Shown piece by piece: positions 11,636 to 41,970 of a DNA stretch of 64,000 nt (position 1 is its first letter; every line of letters begins with the position of its first letter). Both the position numbers and the translations under genes were made by a program. The notes beneath the pieces are model-generated. The model did no database searches. It worked only from the letters and a program-made list of their open reading frames with translations, and was not told the DNA's origin. The stretch comes from Eledone cirrhosa (Eukaryota): the NCBI GenBank assembly GCA_964016885.1, contig OZ024741.1:271870001-271934000 (forward strand), in the 5' to 3' direction.

Positions 11636-13356
11636 TTAGGTAAGGCGGGTCTTCTCTGTTACTGAGTACCGCCAAAGGTCTCGGTCCAGTGACATTGTCT
11701 TGGAGAGGTGTAAGTGTGTGAGGTCGGAGTTTATCAGCTCGTCCCAGGATTTTCTAGGTCTGCCTATTCCGTGGCTACCGTCTATCTTTATTGCCCTGCA
11801 CTTTGTTATACAGCTATCGACTTTCATGCGCATCAGGTGTCCATACCAACGTAGCCTTCTCTCGAGTAAACAACATCTGATCCCTCTTATTTCTAATTTT
11901 TTCCTTAGTTCGTTTATGCTTTGCCGTTCACGTATATTACTGTTACACATCCAGCGGAGCATGCAAGCTTCGTTCCTCTCTAGTCTGCGTATATCCTCTG
12001 CACACAATGCCCAGGTCTCACTGCCATGCAACATTGCTGTTCGTATGCAGGCATCGTACAACCTGCCTTTCATTTTTAGGGAGAACCCTTTAGCAGCTAA
12101 TAGTGGTATAAGCTCTCTGAACTTTTTCCAACCAGTTCTGACTCTAGCTACTGTACTTTCAGAGCACCCTCCCCCACTGCTGATTTTATCACCCAGGTAA
12201 CGGAAACTGTCCACTATTTCTATAGAACCCTCTGCGCAATTGAAAGAGCTAGTATTTTGTGGGCACTTGCTGCTACTTATTGCACCAGAGCACCGGCCAC
12301 ATGTAAAATCTATGTTCTTAGTTAGCTTACCTGTGATCCCACTACATCTTTTATGCACCCATACTTTGCATTTAGGACATAAAATGGAGTTTCTACCTAC
12401 GCCTTTCCTACACACCGAGCACGACCATTTCTCAGAAGGGACCACCGCCTTATTTTCTTTCCTACAAACTAGAACTTTAGTCTTAGCCAGGTTAATTTTA
12501 AGGCCTTTTGATTCTAGGCCGTGCTTCCATGTTTGGAATTTCTTCTCTAGCTCGGCCATTGATTCCGCTATGAGTGTCAGGTCGTCTGCGTATAGGAGTT
12601 CCCATGGGCAGCCTGTCTTGAACTCCTCTGTTATAGCCTGAAGGGCAATAATAAATAGTAGGGGGCTGAGAACAGAGCCCTGATGGACGCCAACTTTTAC
12701 GCTAAACTCTTCACTATATTCGTTGTTAATTCTAACCTTGCTGACTGTTTCTTTATACATGGCTTGTATAGCTCTCACAAGCCATTCGTCAACGCCTAGT
12801 TTTCTAAGAGCCCACCAGATAATGGAGCGGGGGACTCTGTCGAAGGCTTTCTCCAAGTCGACAAAAGCTAAGTAGAGGGGTTTACCTTTAGCTAGGTACT
12901 TCTGTAGTTGTCGTACAATGAAAAGAGCGTCTCTGCTACCTTTGCCTGACACAAACCCGAACTGCATTTCATCTAGGTCAATTCTCTCTCTGATTAGTTG
13001 TGCTATTACTTTTTCCGTGACCTTCATGACCTGGTCGATTAATTTAATGCCTCTATAGTTACTCCTATCTAGGGCGTCTCCTTTACCCTTATAACAGTTA
13101 ACGATGATGCTGCTATGCCAGTCCTTCGGAACAACCCCATTCTGTACGACTTGGTTAACTATGCGGGTGACCATGGTGTGTCCCACCGTGCCAGATGCCT
13201 TCAGCATCTCAGCAACTATTTCCGATGGCCCAGCCGCCTTACCCGTCTTCATATCCTTGATTGCCTTACTTATTATACTCCCCTCGACTAACACTGCTGG
13301 TCCCTCTATTGGGTCGATATGGGGGAGACTGTCTTTCTCCCATTTATTCTCCTCAT
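11636..13356 (-). pseudogene. RTE ORF C-terminal half: reverse transcriptase, PHD-like finger and C-terminal domain
   Basis: [55 protein letters not shown]. Confidence 0.95.
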
Positions 13357-14793
13357 TTAGTAGTGACACTTCCAAGCTACCTTCTTATCAGCGTCGGTGA
13401 TGGCAAGTATGCCATCATCGTTAAGTACACACTTCTCCCCGACAATATCACGGTTTTCCTTGACGCATTGCCTAGCAATCCTGAACACCTCACGTTTTTG
13501 GTCCTCGCGTTGTAGAACATGCTTGAACTTTCTTTCCTCAGCTTCCCTTCTTGCTAAGTACACTTGTCTCCTAGCTTCCCTCCTGGCCACTTGATAGTCT
13601 TCTCTACTTCCCCCATCCTGCCATACTTTCCAAGCCTGCTTTTTGGCCTTGATTGACCTCTCCACCTTACAGTTCCACCACCATGTTACTCTCCTCCTGC
13701 CTACAGGCCTGCTCCAGCCACAGACTTCGTCTCTCGCCATCAGCAGGTTTGCTTTCAGAAATTCCCACTGTCCCTCTATATTGTCCAACTCTAAATGTTC
13801 TTCCTTACTGTCGAAAGCATCAAGTAATATGCTTTGAAATTTATTTCTGGCTGTGGGGTCCTTTAGCTTCCATATTTTTCTCCTGAGGATAGTCCTCTTC
13901 TGCTGTCGAGTACGTCTCGTCCTGACTATGAGGTCGCTAATTATCAGTCTATGTTGGGAGGTGCATTCTTCATGGGGGAGGGATTTAGTGTTTACAACAG
14001 ACACTCGGTCACGTCTTCTGGTAAGGATATAATCTACCTGGCTTGTGTGTTCCCCGGATCTATAGGTGATCAGGTGATTGTCACGTTTTTTGAAGTTAGT
14101 GTTACAGATAGTTAGGTTATTTGCATCACAGAATTCCAGGATTCTGGAGCCTTCCTCATTTCTAGTACCAAACCCATAGCCTCCATGGATTTCGTCGTAG
14201 CCGTCACAATGTTGTCCAACGTGACCGTTTAGGTCGCCTGCAATAATTATATAGTCACTGTCGGTTATTTGGGAGGTAGTGAGCATCAGTGTCTCATAGA
14301 ATCTGTCTTTTATAGTGCTGGGCAGTCCGGATTGGGGTGCGTACGCGGATATTACTGTCACCGTAGTTCTATTGAGGACAAGTCTTATTTTAATTATTCT
14401 GTCGTTCACTCTATTTACGTCTATTATCTTATCTGCCCACTTTTCTGCTACCATGATTCCTACTCCACCCAGCCCATTGTCGTTTCCCACCCAGAAAAGC
14501 TTATAGCATCGTTTTCTACCCACAATGTATCTAGCAGATCCACCCCTCCACCTGGTCTCTTGAATACAACAAACATCGACCTCCTTACGTTCAAGCATTT
14601 CTAAAACCTCGTTAGAGCGACCCTTTAAGGTGCCTACATTCAAGGTACCAAATCTGAAGTTTTGGATTGCGTGTGGGGGGTTGGAAAGGTGGGGAGCGGA
14701 GGGAGATGGGGTTATGTTAGCCATCCGCGGCCGAAACAAAGAAGCATGCTCGCATTTTCGTCCTCGAGGTGTGATTGTCTTTAACTTTGGCAT
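13357..14793 (-). pseudogene. RTE ORF N-terminal half: AP-like endonuclease and linker
   Basis: FGTLNVGTL, CCIQETRW, SAYAPQ, IAGDLNGHVG, SQVDYIL, CTSQHRLI. Confidence 0.93.
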
Positions 14794-15265
14794 TGTCGCT
14801 GAGCGTCCAGATTCTTCAACTCTCCGGAACTCCGTAGTCCTTCCATCCTACATATCGAAGGCGACCAGGTAAGCGATAGTATAGGCCTCTGGCTTATGAT
14901 TGGTCCACGTAATAATAATGGTGGTGTGTGATGGCGGGAGGGAAGGGTGGTGTGTGGGGGCGGAGGGAGGGGTGGTGTGTGTGGGGGGGGGAGGGGCAGG
15001 TAGGGGTGTTGAGTTGTTAGCGAGAAGATAGGTTTAAGTGAGAACCCCGTATTAACGAACAAAAATACAAGATTTGTTTAGTAAATATACGTCAGAAACT
15101 TCCGTATTTTTACAAGCATGAGAGAAATACAAGAGATTTGTTTTGGAAAATACATGGGGAATGGAAAGAGGATAGAAAAAAAAATGCTATTGTAAGGACT
15201 AAAAATGCTGTTGGAAGGACTGACTATGGAGTTAGGCGTATGTTAGAAGAGGTGGAAAAAATGAG

Positions 15266-20994
<5,729 letters not shown>

Positions 20995-23014
20995 GGGGAA
21001 AGTTTTATGTAGGGTGCTTCTGGACCCGTCTGCTGACACACATTGCAGATTGTGTCCTTCCTGAAAGTCAATCTGGTTTTCGTGTTGGACGCGGCACTAC
21101 TGATATGATCTTCCCAGCTAGACAGCTCCAGGAGAAGTGCATTGAACAGGGCTTGGATCTGTATCAGTTTTTGTCGATCTGACAAAGGCTTTCGATACTG
21201 TCAACAGAGATGCATTATGGAAGGTTCTCCAGAAACTTGGTTGCCCTGATAAGTTCCTTGCTTTAGTTAGGTCTTTCCATGACGACATGAAGGCTTGGGT
21301 TAATGTCGGAGGTAACATGTCGGAGCCTATCTCAGTAAAAAATGGAGTGAAACAGGGGGATATTCCAGCACCGACCCTGTTTGCCATATACTTTGCAATG
21401 GTTTTCTGTATTGCATTCAGGAATTGCGAGCATGGTGTTTACATCCGATATCGAACCTCAGGCAGCATATTTAACATCAGGCGCTTTGCTGCGAAGACAA
21501 AAGTATTTACATCAGTCATAAGAGACCTCTTGTATGCAGATGATTGCGATCTTGTAGCGCACACAGAGAGTGATATGCAGCACATTTTGAATGTATTTTC
21601 TGACGCTTGCACTGCCCTGGGTTTGACTGTCAGTCTCAAGAAAACCGTCGTCATGTACCAACCTGCACCTGGTAGGCAGTACACTGAACCAAACATCTAT
21701 GTGTATGGCAAACGACTTGGAGTGGTTGATCAGTTTGTCTACCTGGGAAGCACTGTCAATCGATACGGCAACCTTGACAGTGAGATCTCACTTAGGATTA
21801 GGAAAGCAAGTGATGCTTTCGGAAAGCTAGAAAGGCGACTCTGGGGTCGGCGAGACATATGCAGGAGGACAAAGGTAAGGGTGTACAGGGCATGTGTACT
21901 CTCTTGTCTTCTTTATGCCTGCGAGACCTGGGTCACATATCGACGCCACCTTAAGCAATTGGAGCGTTTCCATCAGATGTGTCTCAGACGGATACATGGC
22001 GTTCGCTGGAGGGACCACATCAGTGATGTCGAGATTTTGGAAAGCTCTATGTGTGACAGTATAGAAGCTCTTGTGCTTAAGCAGCGACTCCGTTGGAGTG
22101 GTCACCTTGCCAGGATGAAGGATTCTAGAATACCAAAACAACTCTTCTATGGAGAGTTGGTTAAAGGAAAACGACCGCCACATAAACCAAAAAGAGGTAT
22201 AAGGATTCCTTGAAGGCCTCTCTGAAAGACGCTAACATCTCTGCTGATACATGGGAAAATATTGCTGCTGATCGTAATAAATGGAGAAAGACTGTATATG
22301 AGGGAAAAGTTGCCTTTGAGGCATCTCGAATCGCACACGAGAAAGTAAAGCGGGACGTGAGGAAGGGTATTGCTGTTGCACTTCCAGACGGCGAGGGTCC
22401 TCCTATGTTTCTGACATGCAGCGTCTGTGCGAGACTCTGCCTAAGCAAAGCTGGACTCGAAAGTCATCTTCGCAGTCATAAAGTAAGACCAGTGGTTGAC
22501 TACCAGGCTGCTGTTGGAGATGCTACTCATCATGCTTGCCAAACATGTGGTAGAGAATGTAAATCAGCAGGAGGACTCAAGCGACATGCAAAAGTACACG
22601 AACTCCAACCACAGCCGACTATTCCCAGTAAATGTTTTGGTTGCCGACTCTGTGCAAGACATTTTAGATCATTGGCTGGGCTAAAAAGCCACATTCGATC
22701 GCAGCACTGTTAGTTGCTATCGTGTGTTTGTGTGTGTGTGTGTGTGTAGATATGCTTATGTGCGTGCGTGTGTGTGTATATATATATGAATATGTATATT
22801 ATTGTTGTTGTTGTCGTTATTATTATTATTGCTATTATTATTATTATTATTGTTATTAATGTATGTGTGTATATATGTGTGAGTGTATGTGTATGTATGT
22901 GTGTGTGTATATATGTATGTTTGTGTATGTATGTGTGTGTGTATATATATGTGTATATATATATGTATGTATATGTGTGTGTATATATATATATATATAT
23001 ATCTTTCCCCTTTT

Positions 23015-23087
<73 letters not shown>

Positions 23088-23188
23088 TTTTTTTTTTATT
23101 TATTTATTTATTTATTTATTTTATTTATTTATTTTTTTTTTTTTTATTGTGCAATGGCCATACTCGATAACGAGGGGGCAGCCATCAT
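20995..23188 (+). mobile_element. RTE family D, 5'-truncated: RT, three C-terminal C2H2 fingers, microsatellite-filled 3'UTR, terminal stem-loop
   Basis: [51 protein letters not shown]; fingers CSVC..HLRSH, CQTC..HAKVH, CRLC..HIRSQH; end gtgcaatggccatactcgataacgagggggcagccatcat shared with 44157-44196. Confidence 0.92.
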
Positions 23189-34922
<11,734 letters not shown>

Positions 34923-36926
34923 TATGAAGACGGGTAAGGCGGCTGGGCCTCCGGAAATAGTTGCTGAGATGCTGAAGGCATATGGCTCGGTGGGACACAC
35001 CTTGGTCACCCGGATAGTTAACCAAGTCGTACAGAATGGGGTTGTTCCGAAGGACTGGTATAGCAGCATCATCGTTAACTGTTATAAGGGTAAAGGAGAT
35101 GCCCTAGATAGGAGTAACTATAGAGGCATTAAACTAATCGACCAGGTCATGCAGGTCACGGAAAAAGTAATAGCGCAACTAATCAGAGAGAGAATTGACC
35201 TAGATGACATGCAGTTCGGGTTTGTGTCGGGCAAAAGTACCACAGACGCTCTTTGCATTGTACGTCAACTACAGGAGAAGTACCTAACTAAAGGTAAACC
35301 CCTCTACTTAGCTTTTGTCGACTTGGAGAAAGCCTTCGACAGTGTCCCCCGTTCCATTATCTGGTGGGCCCTTAGAAAACTAGGTGTCGACGAATGGCTT
35401 GTGAGAGCTATACAAGCCATGTATAAAGAAACAGTCAGCAAGGTTAGAATTAACAACGAATATAGTGAAGAGTTTACCGTAAAAGTTGGCGTCCATCAGG
35501 GCTCTGTTCTCCCCCCTACTATTTATTATTGCCCTTCAGGCTATAACAGAGGAGTTCAAGACCGGCTGCCCATGGGAACTCCTATACGCAGACGACCTGA
35601 CACTCATAGCTGAATCAATGGCCGAGCTAGAGAAGAAATTCCAAACATGGAAGCACGGCTTAGAATCAAAAGGCCTTAAAATTAACCTGGCTAAGACTAA
35701 AGTTCTAGTTTGTAGGAAAGAAAATAAGGCGGTGGTCCCTTCCGGGAAATGGCCATGCTCAGTGTGTAGGAAAGGCGTAGGTAGAAACTCCATTTTATGT
35801 CCCAAATGCAAAGTATGGGTGCATAAAAGATGTAGTGGGATCACAGGTAAGCTAACTAAGAACTTAGATTTTACATGTGGGCGGTGCTCTGGTGCAATAA
35901 GTAGCAGCGAGTGCCCACAAAATACTAACTCTTTCAATTGCGCAGAGGGCTCTATAGAAATAGTTGACAGCTTCCGTTACCTGGGTGACAAAATCAGCAG
36001 TGGGGGGAGGGTGCTCCGAAAGTACAGTAGCTAGAGTCAGAACTGGATGGAAAAAGTTCAGAGAGCTTATACCACTATTAGCCGCTAAAGGGTTCTCCCT
36101 AAAAATGAAAAGCAGGTTGTATGATGCCTGCATACGAACAGCAATGTTGCATGGCAGCGAGACCTGGGCATTGTGCGCAGAGGATATACGCAGACTAGAG
36201 AGGAACGAAGCTTGCATGCTCCGCTGGATGTGTAATAGTAATATACGTGAACGGCAAAGCATAAACGAACTAAGGAAAAAATTAGAAATAAGAGGGATCA
36301 GATGTTGTTTACTCGAGAGAAGGCTACGTTGGTACGGACACGTGATGCGCATGAAAGTCGATAGCTGTATAACAAACTGCAGGGCAATAAAGATAGACGG
36401 TAGCCACGGAATAGGCAGACCTAGAAAATCCTGGGACGAGCTGATAAACTCCGACCTCACACACTTACACCTCTCCAAGAGAATGTCACTGGACCGAGAC
36501 CTTTGGCGGTACTCAGTAATAGAGAAGACCCGCCTTACCTAAATACATAGTAAAACCTACTACAGCCAGTAGGCATCTCTAACAAAATACACCCCCGTCC
36601 CACCACCCACACCCCCCATCCACACCACCCCCTCCTATGTAAAGTTATGTTGGTGCCACAACATCCAGGCCGAAACAAATGAGATCGTGTAGGTGTCACG
36701 ACAAAAAAACACACAGTCCATGCTGTAATGTGGCCGTGTAGGCAACACGGTAAAAACCTCCCAGTCCCACACTGTAAATGTGGTTGGTGTTAGGAAGGGT
36801 ATCCAACTGTAGAAAACCCACCAGACAGTTCTATGCGAGCAAGACAACCACTCTTGCCTCAAGTGGGAATACCCCAGTCCAAACCCATGCAAGCGTGGAA
36901 CACGGACGTTAAACGTTGATGATGAT
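34923..36926 (+). mobile_element. RTE family A, copy E: 5'-truncated at the RT start, complete 3' end
   Basis: [22 protein letters not shown] with two frameshifts; full 3'UTR and gttgatgatgat tail. Confidence 0.95.
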
Positions 36927-37009
36927 ATAGTTAAAAAAAAATGAAAACGAAATTTCATTTCTCACTCTTAGTACGGCACTTACTTAAATGTAAGTATACA
37001 CACATACTT

Positions 37010-39322
37010 ACATATATGTATATATATATATATGAATATCTACATATATATGAATATATATATGAATATCTATATATATATGAATATCTATATATATATA
37101 TATGAATATCTATATATATATGAATATATATATATATATGTATATATATATATGTATATATATATATGAATATATATATGAATATATATATGTATATGTA
37201 TATATATATATGTGTATGTATGTGTGTGTGTGTGTATGTGTGTATGTGTATGTATATATGTGTATATGTATGTACATATGTGTATATGTATATATGTGTA
37301 TATGCATGTATATATGTGTATATGCATGTATATATGTGTATATGTATATATATGTGTATGTACATATGTGTATGTGAATATGCATGTGTATATGTATATG
37401 TGTATGTATATATGTGTATATGTATGTATATATGTGTATATGTATATGTGTATGTATATATGTGTATATGTATGTATATATGTGTATATGTATGTACATA
37501 TGTGTATATGTTTGTACATATGTGTATATGTATATATATATGTATATGTACATATGTGTATATATATATGTGTATATATATATGGGTATATATATATGGG
37601 TATATGTAGATATATGTATATATATGTGTATATGTATATATGTATATATATGTATATGTGTGTATATGTAGATATGTGTATATATATATGTGTGTATATG
37701 TAGATATGTGTATGTGTATATATATATATGTGTATATATATATGTGTGTATATATATATATGTGTATATGTATATATATATATATGTGTATATGTATATA
37801 TATATATATATGTGTGTATATGTATATATATATGTGTATATGTATATATATATATGTGTATATGTATATATATATATGTGTATATGTATATATGTATATA
37901 TATATATATGTGTATATGTATATATATGTATATATATATATATGTGTATATGTATATATATATATATGTGTATATGTATATATATATATATGTGTATATG
38001 TATATATATGTATATATATATATATGTGTATATGTATATATATATATATGTGTATATGTATATATATATATATGTGTATATGTATATATATATATATGTA
38101 TATGTATATATATATATATGTGTATATGTATATATATATGTGTATATGTATATATATATATATGTGTATATGTATATATATGTGTATATGTATATATATA
38201 TATATATGTGTATATGTATATATATATATGTGTATATATATATATATGTGTATATGTATATATATATATATGTGTATATGTATATATATATATATGTGTA
38301 TATGTATATATATATATATGTGTATATGTATATATATATATATATGTGTATATGTATATATATATATATATGTGTATATGTATATATATATATATGTGTA
38401 TATGTATATATATATATATGTGTATATGTATATATATATATGTGTGTATATATATATATATATGTGTATATGTATATATATATATATGTGTATATGTATA
38501 TATATATATATGTGTATATGTATATATATATATGTGTATATGTATATATATATGTGTATATGTATATATATATATGTGTATATGTATATATATATATGTG
38601 TATATGTATATATATATATGTGTATATGTATATATATATATGTGTATATGTATATATATATATGTGTATATGTATATATATATATATGTGTATATGTATA
38701 TATATATATGTGTATGTGTATATATATATATGTGTATATGTATATATATATATATGTGTATATGTATATATATATATGTGTATATGTGTATATGTATATG
38801 TGTATATGTATATATATATATGTGTATATGTATATATATATATGTGTATATGTATATATGTATATGTGTATATGTATATATATATATGTGTATATGTATA
38901 TATATATATGTGTATATGTATATATATATATGTGTATATGTATATATATATATGTGTATATGTATATATATATATGTGTATATGTATATATATATATGTG
39001 TATATGTATATATATATATGTGTATATGTATATATATATATGTGTATATGTATATATATATATGTGTATATGTATATATATATATGTGTATATGTATATA
39101 TATATATGTGCATGTGTATGTGTATATATATGTGTATATGTGTATGTGTATGTGTATATATATGTGTATATGTGTATATATATATATATGTGTGTATATG
39201 TATATATATATATGTGTGTATATGTATATATATATATGTGTGTATATGTATGTGTGTATATGTATATAGATATATGTGTGCATATTTATGTATATATATA
39301 TATGTGTATAGATATATGTGTG

Positions 39323-39354
<32 letters not shown>
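37010..39354. repeat. (TA)n/(TGTGTATATG)-type microsatellite array
   Basis: Direct inspection. Confidence 0.97.
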
Positions 39355-39356
<2 letters not shown>

Positions 39357-39894
39357 GTCGTTGTCGACTAAACTGGCAACCCCACCAAGGTTTCTTGATG
39401 TGGAGGGTGACTTTGGACATCCTGCAGGAATAAAAACAAAACCTGTCAGAGGGCAAAGGAGCTCTTAAGAGTCAATGGCCATCCAAAATCACCGGGAGAG
39501 ACGACCTCTTAGCCTTTGTCAAGGCAGAATTCTAGGAGGAGATATAACACCTGCAACCCTGATGGTATCCAATGATGTTGACTTGTTCTTCTTTTTGGTA
39601 AATATCATCACGGTTAAGAGAGTGGGACTGGTTTTGTGCAGTGCCTTTGCTCACTATAAAAGCTTCACGGCACAGGCATTGCTTTATATCTGGAGATCTC
39701 TCTGCACTTGTCGTCACATGGTACCATGGGCCCAGCACTATGTGTCAATAATTGTCACAAATGTAGTGTTTGTACCAGAGTTTTCAAGTCGCTGACTGGA
39801 CTAAAAAGTCACACTCGTTCAGCGCATCGGTAGGATTTCTCCTACATGGATATAAAGTAGTGGCCGTACTCGAAAACGAGTTGGCAGCCACCAT
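39355..39894 (+). mobile_element. Diverged family D-related RTE 3' fragment
   Basis: Manual translation of 39753-39833 gives [26 protein letters not shown], homologous to the last finger of D; ends tggccgtactcgaaaacgagttggcagccaccat. The 5' boundary is approximate. Confidence 0.8.
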
Positions 39895-39909
39895 TTATAT
39901 ATATATGTG

Positions 39910-39943
<34 letters not shown>

Positions 39944-40542
39944 TATGTATGTATGTATATGTATGTATATATATGTATGTATGTATGTATATATATATAT
40001 GTATGTATATATGTATGTATGTATGTATGTATATATATATATATGTATGTATATATGTATGTATATATGTATGTATGTGTATATATGTATGTGTATATAT
40101 GTATATGTGTATATATGTATATGTGTGTATATATGTATATGTATATATATGTATGTATATGTATATATATATGTATGTATGTATATGTATATATATATAT
40201 GTATATATATATATGTATGTATATGTATATATATATATGTATATATATATATGTATATATATATATGTATATATATATATGTATATATATGTATATGTAT
40301 ATATATGTATGTGTATATATATATGTATATGTATATATATATGTATATATATATATGTATATGTGTATATATGTATATGTATATATATGTATATGTGTAT
40401 ATATATATATGTATGTATATGTATATATATGTATGTATATGTATATATATGTATCTGTATATATCTGTATATATATATATATGTATATATATGTATATAT
40501 GTATATGTATATATGTATATGTATATATGTGTATATGTATAT
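39895..40542. repeat. (TA)n/(TATG)n array
   Basis: Direct inspection. Confidence 0.97.
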
Positions 40543-40905
40543 ATCATCATCATCATCGTTTAACGTCCCTGTTCCACGCTTGCATGGGTTTGGACGGGGG
40601 TTTTCCCACTTGAGGCAAGAGTGGTTGTCTTGCTCGCATAGGACTGTCTGGCGGGTTTTCTACAGCTGGATGCCCTTCCTAACACCAACCACATTTACAG
40701 TGTGGGGCTGTGAGGTTTTTACCGTGTTGCCTACACGGCCACATTACAGCGTGGACTGTCTGGCGTGTTTTCTACAGCTGGATGCCCTTCCTAACACCAA
40801 CCACATTTACAGTGTGGGACTGGAAGGTTTTTACCGTGTTGACTACACGGCCACATTACAGTGTGGATTGTGTGTTTTTTGTCGTGACACCTACTCAATC
40901 TCAAT
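40543..40905 (-). mobile_element. RTE family A, copy G: 3'UTR only, with an internal ~112-bp tandem duplication
   Basis: Reverse complement of ~36680-36926; the segment starting ggactgtctggcg occurs at 40641 and 40753. Confidence 0.9.
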
Positions 40906-41105
40906 TGTTTATGTATGTATATATGTATATGTATATATGTATGTATATATGTATATATGTATATATACATGTATGTATATATGTATATATGTATATATAC
41001 ATGTATATATATATGTATATATGTATATGTATATATGTATATGTATCTATATGTATATATGTATGTGTATATGTATATATGTATGTGTATATGTATATAT
41101 GTATG

Positions 41106-41137
<32 letters not shown>

Positions 41138-41224
41138 CATATATATATGTATGTATATATATATATATATACGTATGTATATATATATATGTGTGTATAT
41201 ATATATATTTCTGTATGTATATAT

Positions 41225-41550
41225 ATCATCATCATCATTTCATTTAACATCCACTTTTTCCCTGCTTGCAAGGGTGGGACGGGAACTGATTCTGGCTTGA
41301 TTTCTACAGCTGGATGCCCTTCCTTACAGTGAGTGCTGGGTGCTTTTTTTTCCGTGGCGCCTACGCGTCCACTTTGCAGTGGAATGATAGGAACCCCAGT
41401 CCCTATCATCTCATTTCTGCAGCTGAGTAAACTGGAGCAATGTGAAATAAAGTGACTTGCTCAAGGAAACATTACATCACCCGGTCTGAGAATTGAACTC
41501 ACAACCTTTCCATTGCAAGGCCAATCCTCTAACCACTAAGCAATGCGCCT
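41225..41550 (-). mobile_element. tRNA-CORE SINE with family-J RTE tail (S2 family)
   Basis: Reverse complement of 55241-55625 with internal deletions. Confidence 0.88.
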
Positions 41551-41970
41551 ACATATACATACACATACACATACATATATGTATATATATACACACATAT
41601 ACACACATACATACACACATATACATACACATACACACATATATACATATACATACACATATATACATATATATACATATACATATATATATATGCATCT
41701 ACACATACATACACACACATATATAGATATATACATATATAGATATATATACACACACACACATATATACATATACATATATATATGCATATACATACAC
41801 ACACATAGATATATACATGTACATACACATTTATATATATATACATACATATACATATATACATACACATATAGATATATACGTAGACATATAGATATAT
41901 ACATATATCTATATGTATATACATATATCTATATGTATATGTTTATGTCTATCTCTATATGTGTATGTAT
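41551..41970. repeat. (TA)n/(CATA)n array (C polarity on + strand)
   Basis: Direct inspection. Confidence 0.95.

Larger units (their letters stand above)
11588..15265 (-). mobile_element. RTE family A, copy B: near full-length (5'UTR, APE-RT-PHD ORF broken by one frameshift, 3'UTR mostly missing)
   Basis: ORF 13357..14793 (APE) and ORF 11636..13375 (RT with YADD, C4HC3 finger). The 5' boundary is uncertain (15060-15265). Confidence 0.95.

Noticed and set aside
14781-15062. Pro-rich ORF as a separate ORF1 of the RTE
   Set aside because: Low-complexity C-rich leader with a non-ATG start and no recognisable domain; treated as 5'UTR.
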